Shown here: piece by piece, positions 18,030 to 27,579 of the stretch
Layout: the number at the start of each line of letters is the position of its first letter
How positions within the stretch are numbered: position 1 is the stretch's first letter
Origin: a bacterium
GTDB lineage: Bacteria > UBP18 > UBA7526
DNA: 37,375 nucleotides
Reading direction: 5' to 3'
Assembly: GCA_030615855.1 (NCBI GenBank)
Contig: JAUWYL010000010.1
Location: forward strand, 1-37,375
Program-made: the position numbers and the translations under genes
The notes under the pieces: model-generated
Databases searched by the model: none
Told to the model about the DNA's origin: nothing
What the model saw: only the letters and a program-made list of their open reading frames with translations

Positions 18030-18686
18030 TCATTTCCCTTTGGATTTTATTTCTTCTTCTTGAATATATTTTTGCTTCCGATTTTCACACTCTTTTAAGT
18101 ACTTGGAATAAGAACCTTTAAAGTAAGCCCAATATTCTCCTAGAGTGCCCTTACCGGGACTTTCTTTATAAAGCCACTTTTCCGCTTTCTCAATATCAGC
18201 AGAAGTGCCGTGAAAGGTACAAATAACAACCGGCCATTCTGTACCCCACTCGCTACTAGGCATTATTATGTATTCTCGTCCACTTGGACATTTACTATAA
18301 CGTGATTTTAAATATTCCCCATCAACTAATTCAGTTGCTCCACTGGGAAGTTCAGAGTAGAAATGATCTTTCTGCCATTTCTCAACAGCCATATGGATGG
18401 CATACATATTATGGTCACAATCCACCAAATCCCAATGGACTGGGGCAATTTTAGCAAATAACACATAAAATAAGTAAGCCCCTATAATTAATGAAACAAC
18501 TAAGATAATAAGTGGAATCTTAATTATTTTTCTCATCTTTTTTCTTATTAAAGATACCAGTCCAAGGATAACCGCCAAAGGCACGCAGATAAAGCCAACC
18601 CACAGGAACAAACCATTCGCAGAGGGACCGTATGATAGTATTGCAATGATGCCGATTACTCCCAATAATAAACTGGCAATACCCAT
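18030..18686 (-). CDS. Membrane protein with pilin/ComGC-like C-terminal domain
   Basis: Three TMs followed by C..N...I..AVE.W..D, CPSG.EY and VIC..HG; no prepilin cleavage motif. Confidence 0.6.
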   Translation of the reverse strand: MGIASLLLGVIGIIAILSYGPSANGLFLWVGFICVPLAVILGLVSLIRKKMRKIIKIPLIILVVSLIIGAYLFYVLFAKIAPVHWDLVDCDHNMYAIHMAVEKWQKDHFYSELPSGATELVDGEYLKSRYSKCPSGREYIIMPSSEWGTEWPVVICTFHGTSADIEKAEKWLYKESPGKGTLGEYWAYFKGSYSKYLKECENRKQKYIQEEEIKSKGK

Positions 18687-18687
18687 T

Positions 18688-19533
18688 CTATCCCTTCATC
18701 TTCAGGCTTACTTGATAGACTTCTCTTTTGGGGATTCTCCGTAATTGGGCGACTCTTTTGGTGGCCTCTTTTTTGGAGAGGTTCTCCTCTCTCATCACTA
18801 ATTTCAGATGGTCGAGGATTGGTAAATTCTGCCACTTCTCTTTTAAGATCTCTTTCTCTTGAGCACCTTTTAAGATAATGGTGAATTCTCCCTTTGGCTT
18901 AACAAACTTCTCTATCGCTTCGCTTGTCCTTCCTCTGAATGTCTCTTCAAACTTCTTGGTCAGTTCCCTGGTCAGAGAGACTTCCCTATCCCCTAAAACC
19001 TCCAGAATATCCTTTAAGGCAGGAATCAATCGATGGGGTGCTTCGTAGAAGATAATGGTTCTTGTCTCAGACTTTAATTCCTTTAACTTGTCACATCTTG
19101 CCTTCTTCCTAGAGGGAAGGAATCCCCCGAAGATGAAACTGTCTGTAGGAAGGCCGGAGATGACTAAGGAAGAGATTAAAGCAGTTGGGCCAGGAATAGG
19201 AATAATAGAAATATTCTCTTTTAATACTTTCTGGATAATAAAATAGCCCGGATCAGATATTCCGGGCATCCCGGCATCAGAGACCAGGGCAATATTCTTC
19301 CCTTCTTTTAATCTCCTAATTAAGAAATCAGCCTTGGTTATCTTATTATGTTCAAAGTAAGAAGTTAACGGGGTATGGATATTGTATCTACTTAATAGTT
19401 TCCTTGTCCTTCTTGTATCCTCACAGGCTATCAGGTCGACTTCTCTTAAGATTCTTAAGGCTCTTAGAGTAATATCCTCTAAGTTCCCAATAGGTGTTCC
19501 CACGATATAAAGAATGCCTGATCCATGATCCAT
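18688..19533 (-). CDS. rsmI: 16S rRNA C1402 2'-O-methyltransferase
   Basis: TPIGNLEDITLRA, CEDTR, SDAGMPGISDPG, FYEAPHR, RELTK.FE. Confidence 0.96.
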   Translation of the reverse strand: MDHGSGILYIVGTPIGNLEDITLRALRILREVDLIACEDTRRTRKLLSRYNIHTPLTSYFEHNKITKADFLIRRLKEGKNIALVSDAGMPGISDPGYFIIQKVLKENISIIPIPGPTALISSLVISGLPTDSFIFGGFLPSRKKARCDKLKELKSETRTIIFYEAPHRLIPALKDILEVLGDREVSLTRELTKKFEETFRGRTSEAIEKFVKPKGEFTIILKGAQEKEILKEKWQNLPILDHLKLVMREENLSKKEATKRVAQLRRIPKREVYQVSLKMKG

Positions 19534-19539
19534 GATATA

Positions 19540-20319
19540 TCACAGTTTAGCAATTGGGACTAGTTTTCTCTTGTGTTCTGTATTTTTAATCTTATCTCTC
19601 ACTTTTTCGATGAATTCTTCTTTGAATCCTAGATTTATCAACTCCTCATCATTCTTCTTCTCATCGAGCATATGATAGAGGAGTCTATCTACTTCTTCGT
19701 AGGTAAAGCCCAGTTCCCCCTCATCTGTCTGGCCAGGCCAGAGGCCTGCGGTAGGTGTCTTTTTGATGATTCTATCTGGAACTCCTAAATCCTTTGCCAA
19801 TTGCCTCACCTGAGTCTTGTAGAGGTCTCCTAAGGGTTCAATATCTACTCCGCCATCACCATACTTTGTAAAATATCCTAAGAGTAGCTCTGTCTTATTG
19901 CTCGTTCCCAAGACAAGTGCCTTATACTTTGCTGCCTGATCATATAAGAAAATCATCCTCGTTCGGGCCATTATATTTCCCTTTCTAGTTTTGTCTGTAT
20001 CTTTCGAAGAAGTCGATAAACTATCAACCATTTGTGTAATATCTACCTCAATAAGATTAATCCCCAACGTCTTTATTATTTCCTTAGTATCCCCGATATC
20101 TTCCTTATTTGTTGTCTTGTAAGGTAGAACTACGCCATAGACATTCTCTCTTCCCAGGGCCTCCTTCGCAAGATAGGCAACTGTTGAGGAGTCAACCCCA
20201 CCAGATAATCCAATCACGGCTCTACTAAGACCGGCTCCCTTCACCTGCTTGCGAATAAACTCAATGATCTTCTCTTTTACTCTCTTGATATCAATCCTCA
20301 ACCCTTCCATCCTGATCAC
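19540..20319 (-). CDS. nadE: NH3-dependent NAD+ synthetase
   Basis: GLSGGVDS, GN.MAR.RM, GYFTKYGDG, PTAGLW.GQTDE. Confidence 0.96.
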   Translation of the reverse strand: MIRMEGLRIDIKRVKEKIIEFIRKQVKGAGLSRAVIGLSGGVDSSTVAYLAKEALGRENVYGVVLPYKTTNKEDIGDTKEIIKTLGINLIEVDITQMVDSLSTSSKDTDKTRKGNIMARTRMIFLYDQAAKYKALVLGTSNKTELLLGYFTKYGDGGVDIEPLGDLYKTQVRQLAKDLGVPDRIIKKTPTAGLWPGQTDEGELGFTYEEVDRLLYHMLDEKKNDEELINLGFKEEFIEKVRDKIKNTEHKRKLVPIAKL

Positions 20320-20339
20320 CTGATATTCAAACCTACAAT

Positions 20340-20442
20340 CGGTTACTAGCAGTTACTAACGGTTACAAAAGCAACTGATAGTAACAGCGAAGCGTAGTAA
20401 CCAATAGTAACAGTCCCAATTTATTGGGACGTAGTAGCCAGT
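20340..20442. repeat. Inverted GTTAC/GTAAC tandem-repeat hairpin containing a GTCCCAATTTATTGGGAC palindrome
   Basis: GGTTACT-type units followed by AGTAAC-type units. Confidence 0.7.
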
Positions 20443-20450
20443 ATTTATTT

Positions 20451-21071
20451 TTAGTGCGCTCTTATGATCTCCTTAATCCTCATGAGTCTGGTCAAATCCG
20501 CCCTCTCCATTTCGGAAAGTTTCATAGTAATATACTTTATGGTCTCTTCTAAATTGGGGATGAAGATGTACTCTAAGGCGTTCACCCTTCTTCTTGTCCT
20601 TTCTATCTCAGCAGCCAAAAGTTCCATTGTTTTCTCTAAAGAGGCTAATTTTACTAAGGAAGGTAATAGGTCAGAATAGGCTTTTAAAGCAACATCCAAC
20701 TCCGATGAGGTAGTTACCAGACCATAGTTATGAATATCTTCTTCTTTCTTAATCTCATATTCTGGAACTTTAACACCTACAATATATCTGTAAGAAACCT
20801 CAAGAGTTATTCTCTCTCCGGGCCACATTAAGGACTCCTCGACAAATTCTAGAGGCATAAGCATCCGAGCAATAACGAGACTCTGGAAGGCTTTCTTCAG
20901 GCCTTCTTCTACTTCTTTCCTCAAGTTTATTACTTCTTTCACCAGAGGCATGAACTGCTTTATCAATTCATCCTGCTTGTCTTTAAGAAGTCTGTGGCCT
21001 CTTTGAGCAAGGAGGATCCTCTTCTTCAGTCTCAATAACTCCATTCGGGTAGGACTAACACTCAAACGCAT
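20451..21071 (-). CDS. ntpD: V/A-type ATPase subunit D
   Basis: PTRMELL.LK, RGH.LLKDK, T.RRVNALE. Confidence 0.96.
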   Translation of the reverse strand: MRLSVSPTRMELLRLKKRILLAQRGHRLLKDKQDELIKQFMPLVKEVINLRKEVEEGLKKAFQSLVIARMLMPLEFVEESLMWPGERITLEVSYRYIVGVKVPEYEIKKEEDIHNYGLVTTSSELDVALKAYSDLLPSLVKLASLEKTMELLAAEIERTRRRVNALEYIFIPNLEETIKYITMKLSEMERADLTRLMRIKEIIRAH

Positions 21072-21145
21072 CCTTCACTCCATTCAGATAGTTTATAGTA
21101 ACCAGCGAACAGTAACCAGTCTTTTTACTGTAATCTGTAAACTGG

Positions 21146-22525
21146 TTACTGGTTACTCTGTTTGAGGTATTTCTTTATGTATTCGTCTCTTATTCTCTTC
21201 AAGTCACTAGTGGGAATCATGGTGAGGAGTTTCCAGCCGAGGTCTAAGGTCTCTTCGATGCTTCTATTCTCGTCCCCGCCCTGAGCAACAAACTCCTCCT
21301 CAAATTTATCGCTGAGCTTTGCATATATCTTATCCAATTCTGTCAAGGCTGCTTCACCAAGAATGATGGCTAATTCCTTGGCCTCCTTCCCTCGGGCATA
21401 ACAGGCAAATAGCTGATTGGTAACATCCCCATGGTCCTCCCGGGTCTTATCCTTTCCAACCCCCTTTTCCTTCAATCTCGATAATGAAGGAAGGACATCT
21501 ATGGGAGGATAGACCCCTCTTCTATGTAGTGGTCGAGAGAGAATAATCTGTCCCTCTGTAATATATCCTGTTAAATCCGGAATGGGATGGGTCTTGTCAT
21601 CCTCGGGCATGGTGAGTATGGGGATCTGGGTGATAGAGCCCTTCTTTCCCTTTATTCTTCCTGCCCTTTCATATATGGTGGATAAATCGGTATACATATA
21701 TCCGGGATAGCCCCTTCTTCCCGGGACCTCCTTACGGGCAGCCGATATCTCCCTTAGAGCATTGGCATAATTGGTCATATCGGTTAATATCACTAAGACA
21801 TGCATATCCTTTTCAAAGGCAAGATACTCAGCGCAAGTCAAGGCCAACCGGGGAGTAGCAATTCTCTCAATGGCCGGGTCATCTGCTAAGTTGACGAATA
21901 GGACCGCCCTCTCAATGGCTCCGGTCCTTCTAAAGTCAGTGATGAAGTAGTTTGCCTCTTCGAAGGTAATACCCATGGCAGCAAAGACCACAGCGAATTT
22001 CTCCTCTTTCCCCAAGACCCTTGCTTGCCTGGCGATCTGGGCAGCAATCTGGGGATGGGGAAGTCCGGCACCAGAGAAGATGGGAAGTTTCTGTCCCCTC
22101 ACTAAGGTATTCATGCCATCGATGGCAGAGATCCCGGTCTGGATGAACTCTGTAGGATAGTCCCTTGCTGTGGGATTGATGGGGTTACCATTAATATCAA
22201 TCCTCTTCTCCGGTATAATCTTGGGGCCACCATCTATGGGCCTTCCCAATCCATCGAATATTCTTCCCAATAAGTCCATCGAAACACCGAGTTCAATTCC
22301 CTTACCTAAAAACCTCACCCTTGACTGATAAACATTGAGTCCCGTTGTCCCCTCAAATAGTTGAACCAAGGCCTTATCTGCGGTGATCTCTAATACCTTC
22401 CCTCTCCTCACCTCTTTGGTAGCCAGTTCAATCTCGGCAATCTCACCATACTTAATCCCGCTTGTCTCCTCTACCAAGATTAAGGGACCGGCAATATGGG
22501 ATATAGTCAGATATTCTTTTACCAC
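21146..22525 (-). CDS. ntpB: V/A-type ATPase subunit B
   Basis: [43 protein letters not shown]. Confidence 0.97.
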   Translation of the reverse strand: MVKEYLTISHIAGPLILVEETSGIKYGEIAEIELATKEVRRGKVLEITADKALVQLFEGTTGLNVYQSRVRFLGKGIELGVSMDLLGRIFDGLGRPIDGGPKIIPEKRIDINGNPINPTARDYPTEFIQTGISAIDGMNTLVRGQKLPIFSGAGLPHPQIAAQIARQARVLGKEEKFAVVFAAMGITFEEANYFITDFRRTGAIERAVLFVNLADDPAIERIATPRLALTCAEYLAFEKDMHVLVILTDMTNYANALREISAARKEVPGRRGYPGYMYTDLSTIYERAGRIKGKKGSITQIPILTMPEDDKTHPIPDLTGYITEGQIILSRPLHRRGVYPPIDVLPSLSRLKEKGVGKDKTREDHGDVTNQLFACYARGKEAKELAIILGEAALTELDKIYAKLSDKFEEEFVAQGGDENRSIEETLDLGWKLLTMIPTSDLKRIRDEYIKKYLKQSNQ

Positions 22526-22539
22526 TATTTACTCCTTAT

Positions 22540-22612
22540 TTGTTTGGCCAGTTGACCAGTTTGCCAGTTTGCCAGTTAGACAAGTTAACAGGCTAACCGA
22601 CTAACCGGCTAA
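22540..22612. repeat. Inverted CCAGTT/AAC(C/A)GG tandem-repeat hairpin
   Basis: TTGGCCAGTTGACCAGTTTGCCAGTTTGCCAGTT...AACAGGCTAACCGACTAACCGGCTAAC. Confidence 0.7.
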
Positions 22613-24415
22613 CTATTTCGTTAATCCTTCTATTTCTCTTTTTATTTCTTTCTCTATGCTATCGAACTCTCTTATATTCTTCTCCTCTATATACTTCATC
22701 CTATCAATCTTCTCCTTAATCTTCAAAGTAAGTAACTTCTCCAAGAACACTCCCTTCTCCAGGGCATGCTCAGAAGAATGGTGGAGCTCTAAGATCACTT
22801 TTAGCATGCGATACTGCTTTGCCAATGGAGCATAGACATCTATCTCATGGAAAGCATCCTGCATAAGGTAGTCCTCCCGGATGGACTTGGCGGTCTCCAC
22901 GACCAGCTGTTCTCTTGGAGAGAGGGCTTCCTTTCCCACCAATCTTACAATCTCCTGTAAGGAGTCCTCTTCCTGCAATATGGCCATAGCGATATTCCTT
23001 AACTTCATCCAATCGTTAGCAATCTCCTTTCCCAGATATGCCTCTACATTATCAAGGTATAAGGAGTAACTATTGAGCCAGTTGATTGCCGGGAAGTGCC
23101 TCATATAGGCCAACCTATCCTCTAAGGCCCAGAAGACCTTCACCGTCCTCAAGGTTGCCTGAACCACAGGATCTGATAGGTCCCCTCCCGGGGGAGAGAC
23201 GGCCCCCATCACAGTAAGCGTCCCTTCCCGGTTCTTCGTTCCCTGACAGACGACCCTTCCCGCCCTCTCATAGAACTCAGCCACCCTGGTCCCCAGATAG
23301 GCGGGATAGCCCTCTTCACCAGGCATCTCTTCCAATCTTCCTGAAATCTCCCTCAGGGCCTCAGCCCATCTCGAGGTGGAGTCAGCCATAACCGCCACAT
23401 TATATCCCATATCCCGATAGTACTCGGCAATGGTGATCCCGGTATAGATTGAGGCCTCCCTGGCCGCAACGGGCATATTGGAGGTATTGGCGATCATGAT
23501 TGTTCTTTCAATTAAGGGTCTTCCTGTCTTGGGATCCTTCAGTTTGGGGAATTCTAATAGGACATCGGTCATCTCATTCCCTCTCTCACCACATCCAATA
23601 TAGACGATGATCTGGGCATCTGCCCAGGCGGCGATGGCATGAAGGATGACCGTCTTTCCGCTCCCAAATGGCCCAGGGATACAGGCCGTTCCTCCTTTTG
23701 CCACTGGGAAGAAGGTGTCAATCACCCTCTGACCAGTAACCAGGGGGATCTCTGGAGGAAGCTTCTTCTGAACCATTCTTTCTCGTCTCACTGGCCACTT
23801 CTGCAACATCCTGATCTCTTTTATTCCACCTGCCCGCCGAAGCCTCGGCGCAGGCGGGGAGGAGGTCCTCACCTTAGCAATAGTTTGAGTAACAGTGAAC
23901 CTTCCTTTCTTAATTACCCTTATCTCTCCTTCTATTCCCGAAGGAACTAAGACCTTATGAATAACAAGGGGGGTCTCCTGGACAGTGCCCAGGATATCCC
24001 CTGTCCTTACCTCATCTCCCTCCTTTACTAAAGGAATAAAGTCCCACTTCTTCTTCCTATTTACTGCAGGTAAAGTAATCCCCCGGGTAATGTAACTACC
24101 TGTTTTATCTCTAATAATATCCAGCGGCCTCTGGATGCCATCGTATATCCCGCTCATCAGTCCCGGGCCCAGTTCAACGCTCAAGGGTGCCAGGGTAGTC
24201 TCTACCGGCTCACCTGGCCCCAAGCCACTTGTCTCTTCATAGACCTGGATGCTCGCCCTATCCTCTTTAATCTCGATGATCTCACCAATGAGACCCATCC
24301 TGCCCACTCTTACCATATCATACATCTTGGCCTTCACCATCCCCTCGGCAACTACCAAGGGGCCAGAGACCTTAATTATTCTCGCTTTGGTTGGAGAGGT
24401 TGTAACTCTTTCCAT
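22613..24415 (-). CDS. ntpA: V/A-type ATPase catalytic subunit A
   Basis: GPFGSGKT, GCGERGNEM, NTSNMPVAAREAS. Carries a 10 aa palindrome-derived insertion. Confidence 0.97.
   Translation of the reverse strand: MERVTTSPTKARIIKVSGPLVVAEGMVKAKMYDMVRVGRMGLIGEIIEIKEDRASIQVYEETSGLGPGEPVETTLAPLSVELGPGLMSGIYDGIQRPLDIIRDKTGSYITRGITLPAVNRKKKWDFIPLVKEGDEVRTGDILGTVQETPLVIHKVLVPSGIEGEIRVIKKGRFTVTQTIAKVRTSSPPAPRLRRAGGIKEIRMLQKWPVRRERMVQKKLPPEIPLVTGQRVIDTFFPVAKGGTACIPGPFGSGKTVILHAIAAWADAQIIVYIGCGERGNEMTDVLLEFPKLKDPKTGRPLIERTIMIANTSNMPVAAREASIYTGITIAEYYRDMGYNVAVMADSTSRWAEALREISGRLEEMPGEEGYPAYLGTRVAEFYERAGRVVCQGTKNREGTLTVMGAVSPPGGDLSDPVVQATLRTVKVFWALEDRLAYMRHFPAINWLNSYSLYLDNVEAYLGKEIANDWMKLRNIAMAILQEEDSLQEIVRLVGKEALSPREQLVVETAKSIREDYLMQDAFHEIDVYAPLAKQYRMLKVILELHHSSEHALEKGVFLEKLLTLKIKEKIDRMKYIEEKNIREFDSIEKEIKREIEGLTK
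23828..23857 (-). repeat. REP-like palindrome inserted in frame in subunit A
   Basis: CCGCCTGCGCCGAGGCTTCGGCGGGCAGGT is a GC-rich hairpin encoding PPAPRLRRAG. Confidence 0.75.
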
Positions 24416-24894
24416 TTTTTCTTCTCCATCACTGGTTTAGGTTTCTCTATTTCTTTTTTAAAGGGTTTTTCAATCTCAGGTTCGGGTGGTTTGGGAACCT
24501 TTTCCCCTATGCCCAAAAATTCCATTATCTTATCAATCTTCCCTATTGTCTCTTCTGTGTCCATTTGAAGGGAAGCTATTGTTTCCTGAATAACAATGCT
24601 TCCCTTCCTCAGGTGCCTGAGTTCCTCAAGGTTATTCCTTATCTTTATAGAAAGGGCTTTGGTTTCTTCCCTCAAGTCTTTCAATAAGTCCTTTAATTCC
24701 TCTTTTTTGAAGGGGGGTTCCTCTGGTTCTTTCATCTCTACTTTCTGAGAAGATAGAGAAATGACCTTTTGCTCTAAAGTAGTAATCTTCTTCTCCATGA
24801 GGCCTACCCCCTGGCTTATCCTTATACTAAGATAGAGAAGGAAGAAGAGAATAAGAAGTAAAAAGGAATAGGCGAGAATATTAGCCTTCTTCAT
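24376..24894 (-). CDS. Hypothetical single-TM coiled-coil protein inside the ATPase operon
   Basis: 172 aa; overlaps the subunit F stop (ATGA) and the subunit A start. Confidence 0.7.
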   Translation of the reverse strand: MKKANILAYSFLLLILFFLLYLSIRISQGVGLMEKKITTLEQKVISLSSQKVEMKEPEEPPFKKEELKDLLKDLREETKALSIKIRNNLEELRHLRKGSIVIQETIASLQMDTEETIGKIDKIMEFLGIGEKVPKPPEPEIEKPFKKEIEKPKPVMEKKKWKELQPLQPKRE

Positions 24895-25208
24895 TTCTCT
24901 TCCGCCTTTAGGATATCTGTGCCCAATGCCTTCTCAGATATTTTCTTTAATCTCTCTCTTGCCAGACCTAAAGCCTCACCTTTTGCAGGAATGACAACAA
25001 TGTTTGAGAATTTGCTAAGATCTGTTATCGATTCCTTAATCTGAGACGATAGGCTCTCTGTGATGTAGATGGTAGCATAATCCCTATTTTGGGCGAGACT
25101 CTTTAATCTCTCTTCTGCTCCCTTGGAATCGGTTACAGGATAGATCTCGATCCCTAAGGGCTTGAAGCCTAAAATAGTATCCTTCTCACCAATTATGGCA
25201 ATCTTCAC
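24891..25208 (-). CDS. V/A-type ATPase subunit F
   Basis: KIAIIG.KDTILGFK.LG, I.ITE, VIP, EKALG.DI. Confidence 0.92.
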   Translation of the reverse strand: MKIAIIGEKDTILGFKPLGIEIYPVTDSKGAEERLKSLAQNRDYATIYITESLSSQIKESITDLSKFSNIVVIPAKGEALGLARERLKKISEKALGTDILKAEEK

Positions 25209-25224
25209 CCCACATCTTCCTCCG

Positions 25225-26187
25225 TTAGATAAAGGTCTCTCTCATCCTTTCCCTGATCATCTGGGCAGGAATCTCGCTTATCTTCCCCGTCAACACACTC
25301 CTTAAGAGTTTTATCTCATTCTCTTTAGCAATTAGGTAGGCGATGAGCACTTCCAGGCCAGCAGTAACAAGTTTTGTCTTCTTTATATACTCCAAGAGAA
25401 AGTTATCACAGGAAAGCTCCAATCCTTTCAAGCCTTCTTTCTCATATCCCATAATGACCTTAGCATAAGGAGTGAAGGAGAGCTTTCTCAAGAAGGCGTT
25501 CTCTTCCTTCTCATAGAATTCCAGGAAGAGTTTCTTGGTTAAACATCCTCCCTCAAGAAAGACTTTTGAAAAGAATACTTTATCTCTTTTTAAAGCTCGA
25601 CAGCGGAAGAATGTCTTTATATTAATGAGGTCGATCTCCCTACGAAAAAGGTTTATTACGAATTTATCTTCAGATTCTCTTGCCTTTCCCAGACAGAGTT
25701 TATAGTACTCCTTATCTAAGATTATATCAATGTCCTGGGGATTCTTGCTCTTTTCAAAAGCCTCTGTTGTCTTTTTCTGGGTCTCTAAAAGTTCTTCTGC
25801 CTTTTCTATCTCTTTAGGATCGACGGTTCCCAGATTAACGAATGGTAATTTTTCCAAAGGAAGGGGTTTCTCTTTAAACTTATTCTTTAGAAAGACTTTC
25901 AGGTTATGAAAATCGTAACGCATCCTGAATAGATCGGTCAATTCCCTGTTTAAAGACCACTTATCAATGAAGAAATAGAGTCTCCTTAATTCATCGTGAA
26001 GTAATTCTTCAAAGTTGTTAATATCCTTTAGTTGTGAAACGTAGGAGCCATAGTCTGTCTCCTCAAGCTCTGAGAAGCTGGCTTTGACCGAGGTAGCAGC
26101 GACCATCCTCTCCATTTTTAATTTATCGAGAAGCCGTACCTCAAGGGCTCTTACTCTTCCTGTGATATAGGCGTATCTTGTGTCCAT
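25225..26187 (-). CDS. ntpC: V/A-type ATPase subunit C (d)
   Basis: YAY..GRVRALE..LL, YDFHNLK, EIDLIN, KENEIK.LR. Confidence 0.92.
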   Translation of the reverse strand: MDTRYAYITGRVRALEVRLLDKLKMERMVAATSVKASFSELEETDYGSYVSQLKDINNFEELLHDELRRLYFFIDKWSLNRELTDLFRMRYDFHNLKVFLKNKFKEKPLPLEKLPFVNLGTVDPKEIEKAEELLETQKKTTEAFEKSKNPQDIDIILDKEYYKLCLGKARESEDKFVINLFRREIDLINIKTFFRCRALKRDKVFFSKVFLEGGCLTKKLFLEFYEKEENAFLRKLSFTPYAKVIMGYEKEGLKGLELSCDNFLLEYIKKTKLVTAGLEVLIAYLIAKENEIKLLRSVLTGKISEIPAQMIRERMRETFI

Positions 26188-26233
26188 CCTACTTCCTCAG
26201 TGATCAATGATTCGAAGTTTACAGTAACCAGCG

Positions 26234-26263
26234 TCCGCCAGAGGCGGATCAGCCTTTGGCTGA
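26234..26263. repeat. REP-like double hairpin
   Basis: TCCGCCAGAGGCGGA-TCAGCCTTTGGCTGA; a variant copy is at 29958-29987. Confidence 0.7.
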
Positions 26264-26406
26264 AACAGTTTACAGTAAAAAGAAGGAAAGATAGATAAAG
26301 ACAATGTGTGATATGTGATGTGCGATGAAAAAATCTCAAATCCCACATCACATTACTCATATCATCATTCACCGACCACCGTCCACTGTTAACTGGTTAC
26401 TGGTTA

Positions 26407-26982
26407 CTACTTAAAGAGTATTCTCACCAAGCGGGATTCCAGTTTCTCGCGCTGGGAGCGAAAGAGGGATTCAAAAGAATTATTTATCTCTATCTTCTCT
26501 CTTTTCAGGATAAATCCTCCACTAATTTCCCTATCTTCTTTGGAGATTCTCAGGTTTTTATTAATGCTTTTAATGAAAGAAGGGGTGATTCTCTTTTTAT
26601 CTTCCTTGGAAAGGATAATCGCGCCCGACCCACTCTTTGCTACTTTGAGAAGCATCTTCTTAATCAGTTCCTGATATGGTCTTTTACCAAGCTTTTTAAG
26701 TTTCGCTAAGGCCTTCCCATAGGCCTCCTCAATGAGTCGTTCCTTCTCCTCCAGGACCGTTCTCCTGGCCTCTAAGTTGGCCATGGTAAGGATATGGTCT
26801 CTTCTCCTTTGGGCTTCGAAAGAGGCTGCCCTTAGGATCTCCTCTTTAATGGAGGCTGCTTTCTCCTGGGCCTCTTTTGAGATCTGGCTTACTTTTTCCT
26901 GAGCCTCTCGCTCAAGCGTCTTTATCTCGAGCGCAGACTCTTCATCAATGCGCTCAATAATCTTCTCTAAAGGCATTCTCAA
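26407..26982 (-). CDS. ntpE: V/A-type ATPase subunit E
   Basis: N-terminal coiled coil, ISGGFIL...IEINNSFE, operon position. Confidence 0.9.
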   Translation of the reverse strand: MRMPLEKIIERIDEESALEIKTLEREAQEKVSQISKEAQEKAASIKEEILRAASFEAQRRRDHILTMANLEARRTVLEEKERLIEEAYGKALAKLKKLGKRPYQELIKKMLLKVAKSGSGAIILSKEDKKRITPSFIKSINKNLRISKEDREISGGFILKREKIEINNSFESLFRSQREKLESRLVRILFK

Positions 26983-26989
26983 CCCCTAA

Positions 26990-27092
26990 GATAGTTAATA
27001 ACAGTTAACAGCGGTTAATAGTGGTTAATATCAGTTGCTCTTTTTAAATGCAACCGATTTTAACCGTTGTTAACAATTTTAACCGATATTAA

Positions 27093-27093
<1 letters not shown>
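26990..27093. repeat. Inverted GTTAA/TTAAC tandem-repeat hairpin
   Basis: (G/A)GTTAA units followed by TTAACCG units. Confidence 0.7.
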
Positions 27094-27563
<470 letters not shown>

Positions 27564-27579
27564 TTAATTCCACCTCCTT

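Larger units (their letters stand above)
10725..18064 (-). repeat. Eight dispersed copies of a ~25-35 bp junction direct repeat delimiting array genes
   Basis: Plus-strand consensus TTCATTTCCCTTTGGATTTTAGTTCT(T)GGA at ~10725-10755, 12031-12064, 12627-12659, 13754-13771 (degenerate), 15258-15290, 16561-16599, 17505-17535 and 18030-18064. Confidence 0.88.

Noticed and set aside
10725-18064. Junction repeats interpreted as a CRISPR array
   Set aside because: Spacing is 0.5-1.5 kb with whole genes between copies, the repeats are degenerate, and there are no cas genes.
10725-18686. Array interpreted as a classical integron, DGR or prophage
   Set aside because: No integrase, reverse transcriptase or phage genes are present. 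The junction repeat is not palindromic, and only one unit has attC-like remnants.
26151-26372. 73 aa minus-strand ORF between ATPase subunits E and C
   Set aside because: It is composed of repeat and REP hairpin DNA and overlaps the subunit C start out of frame.
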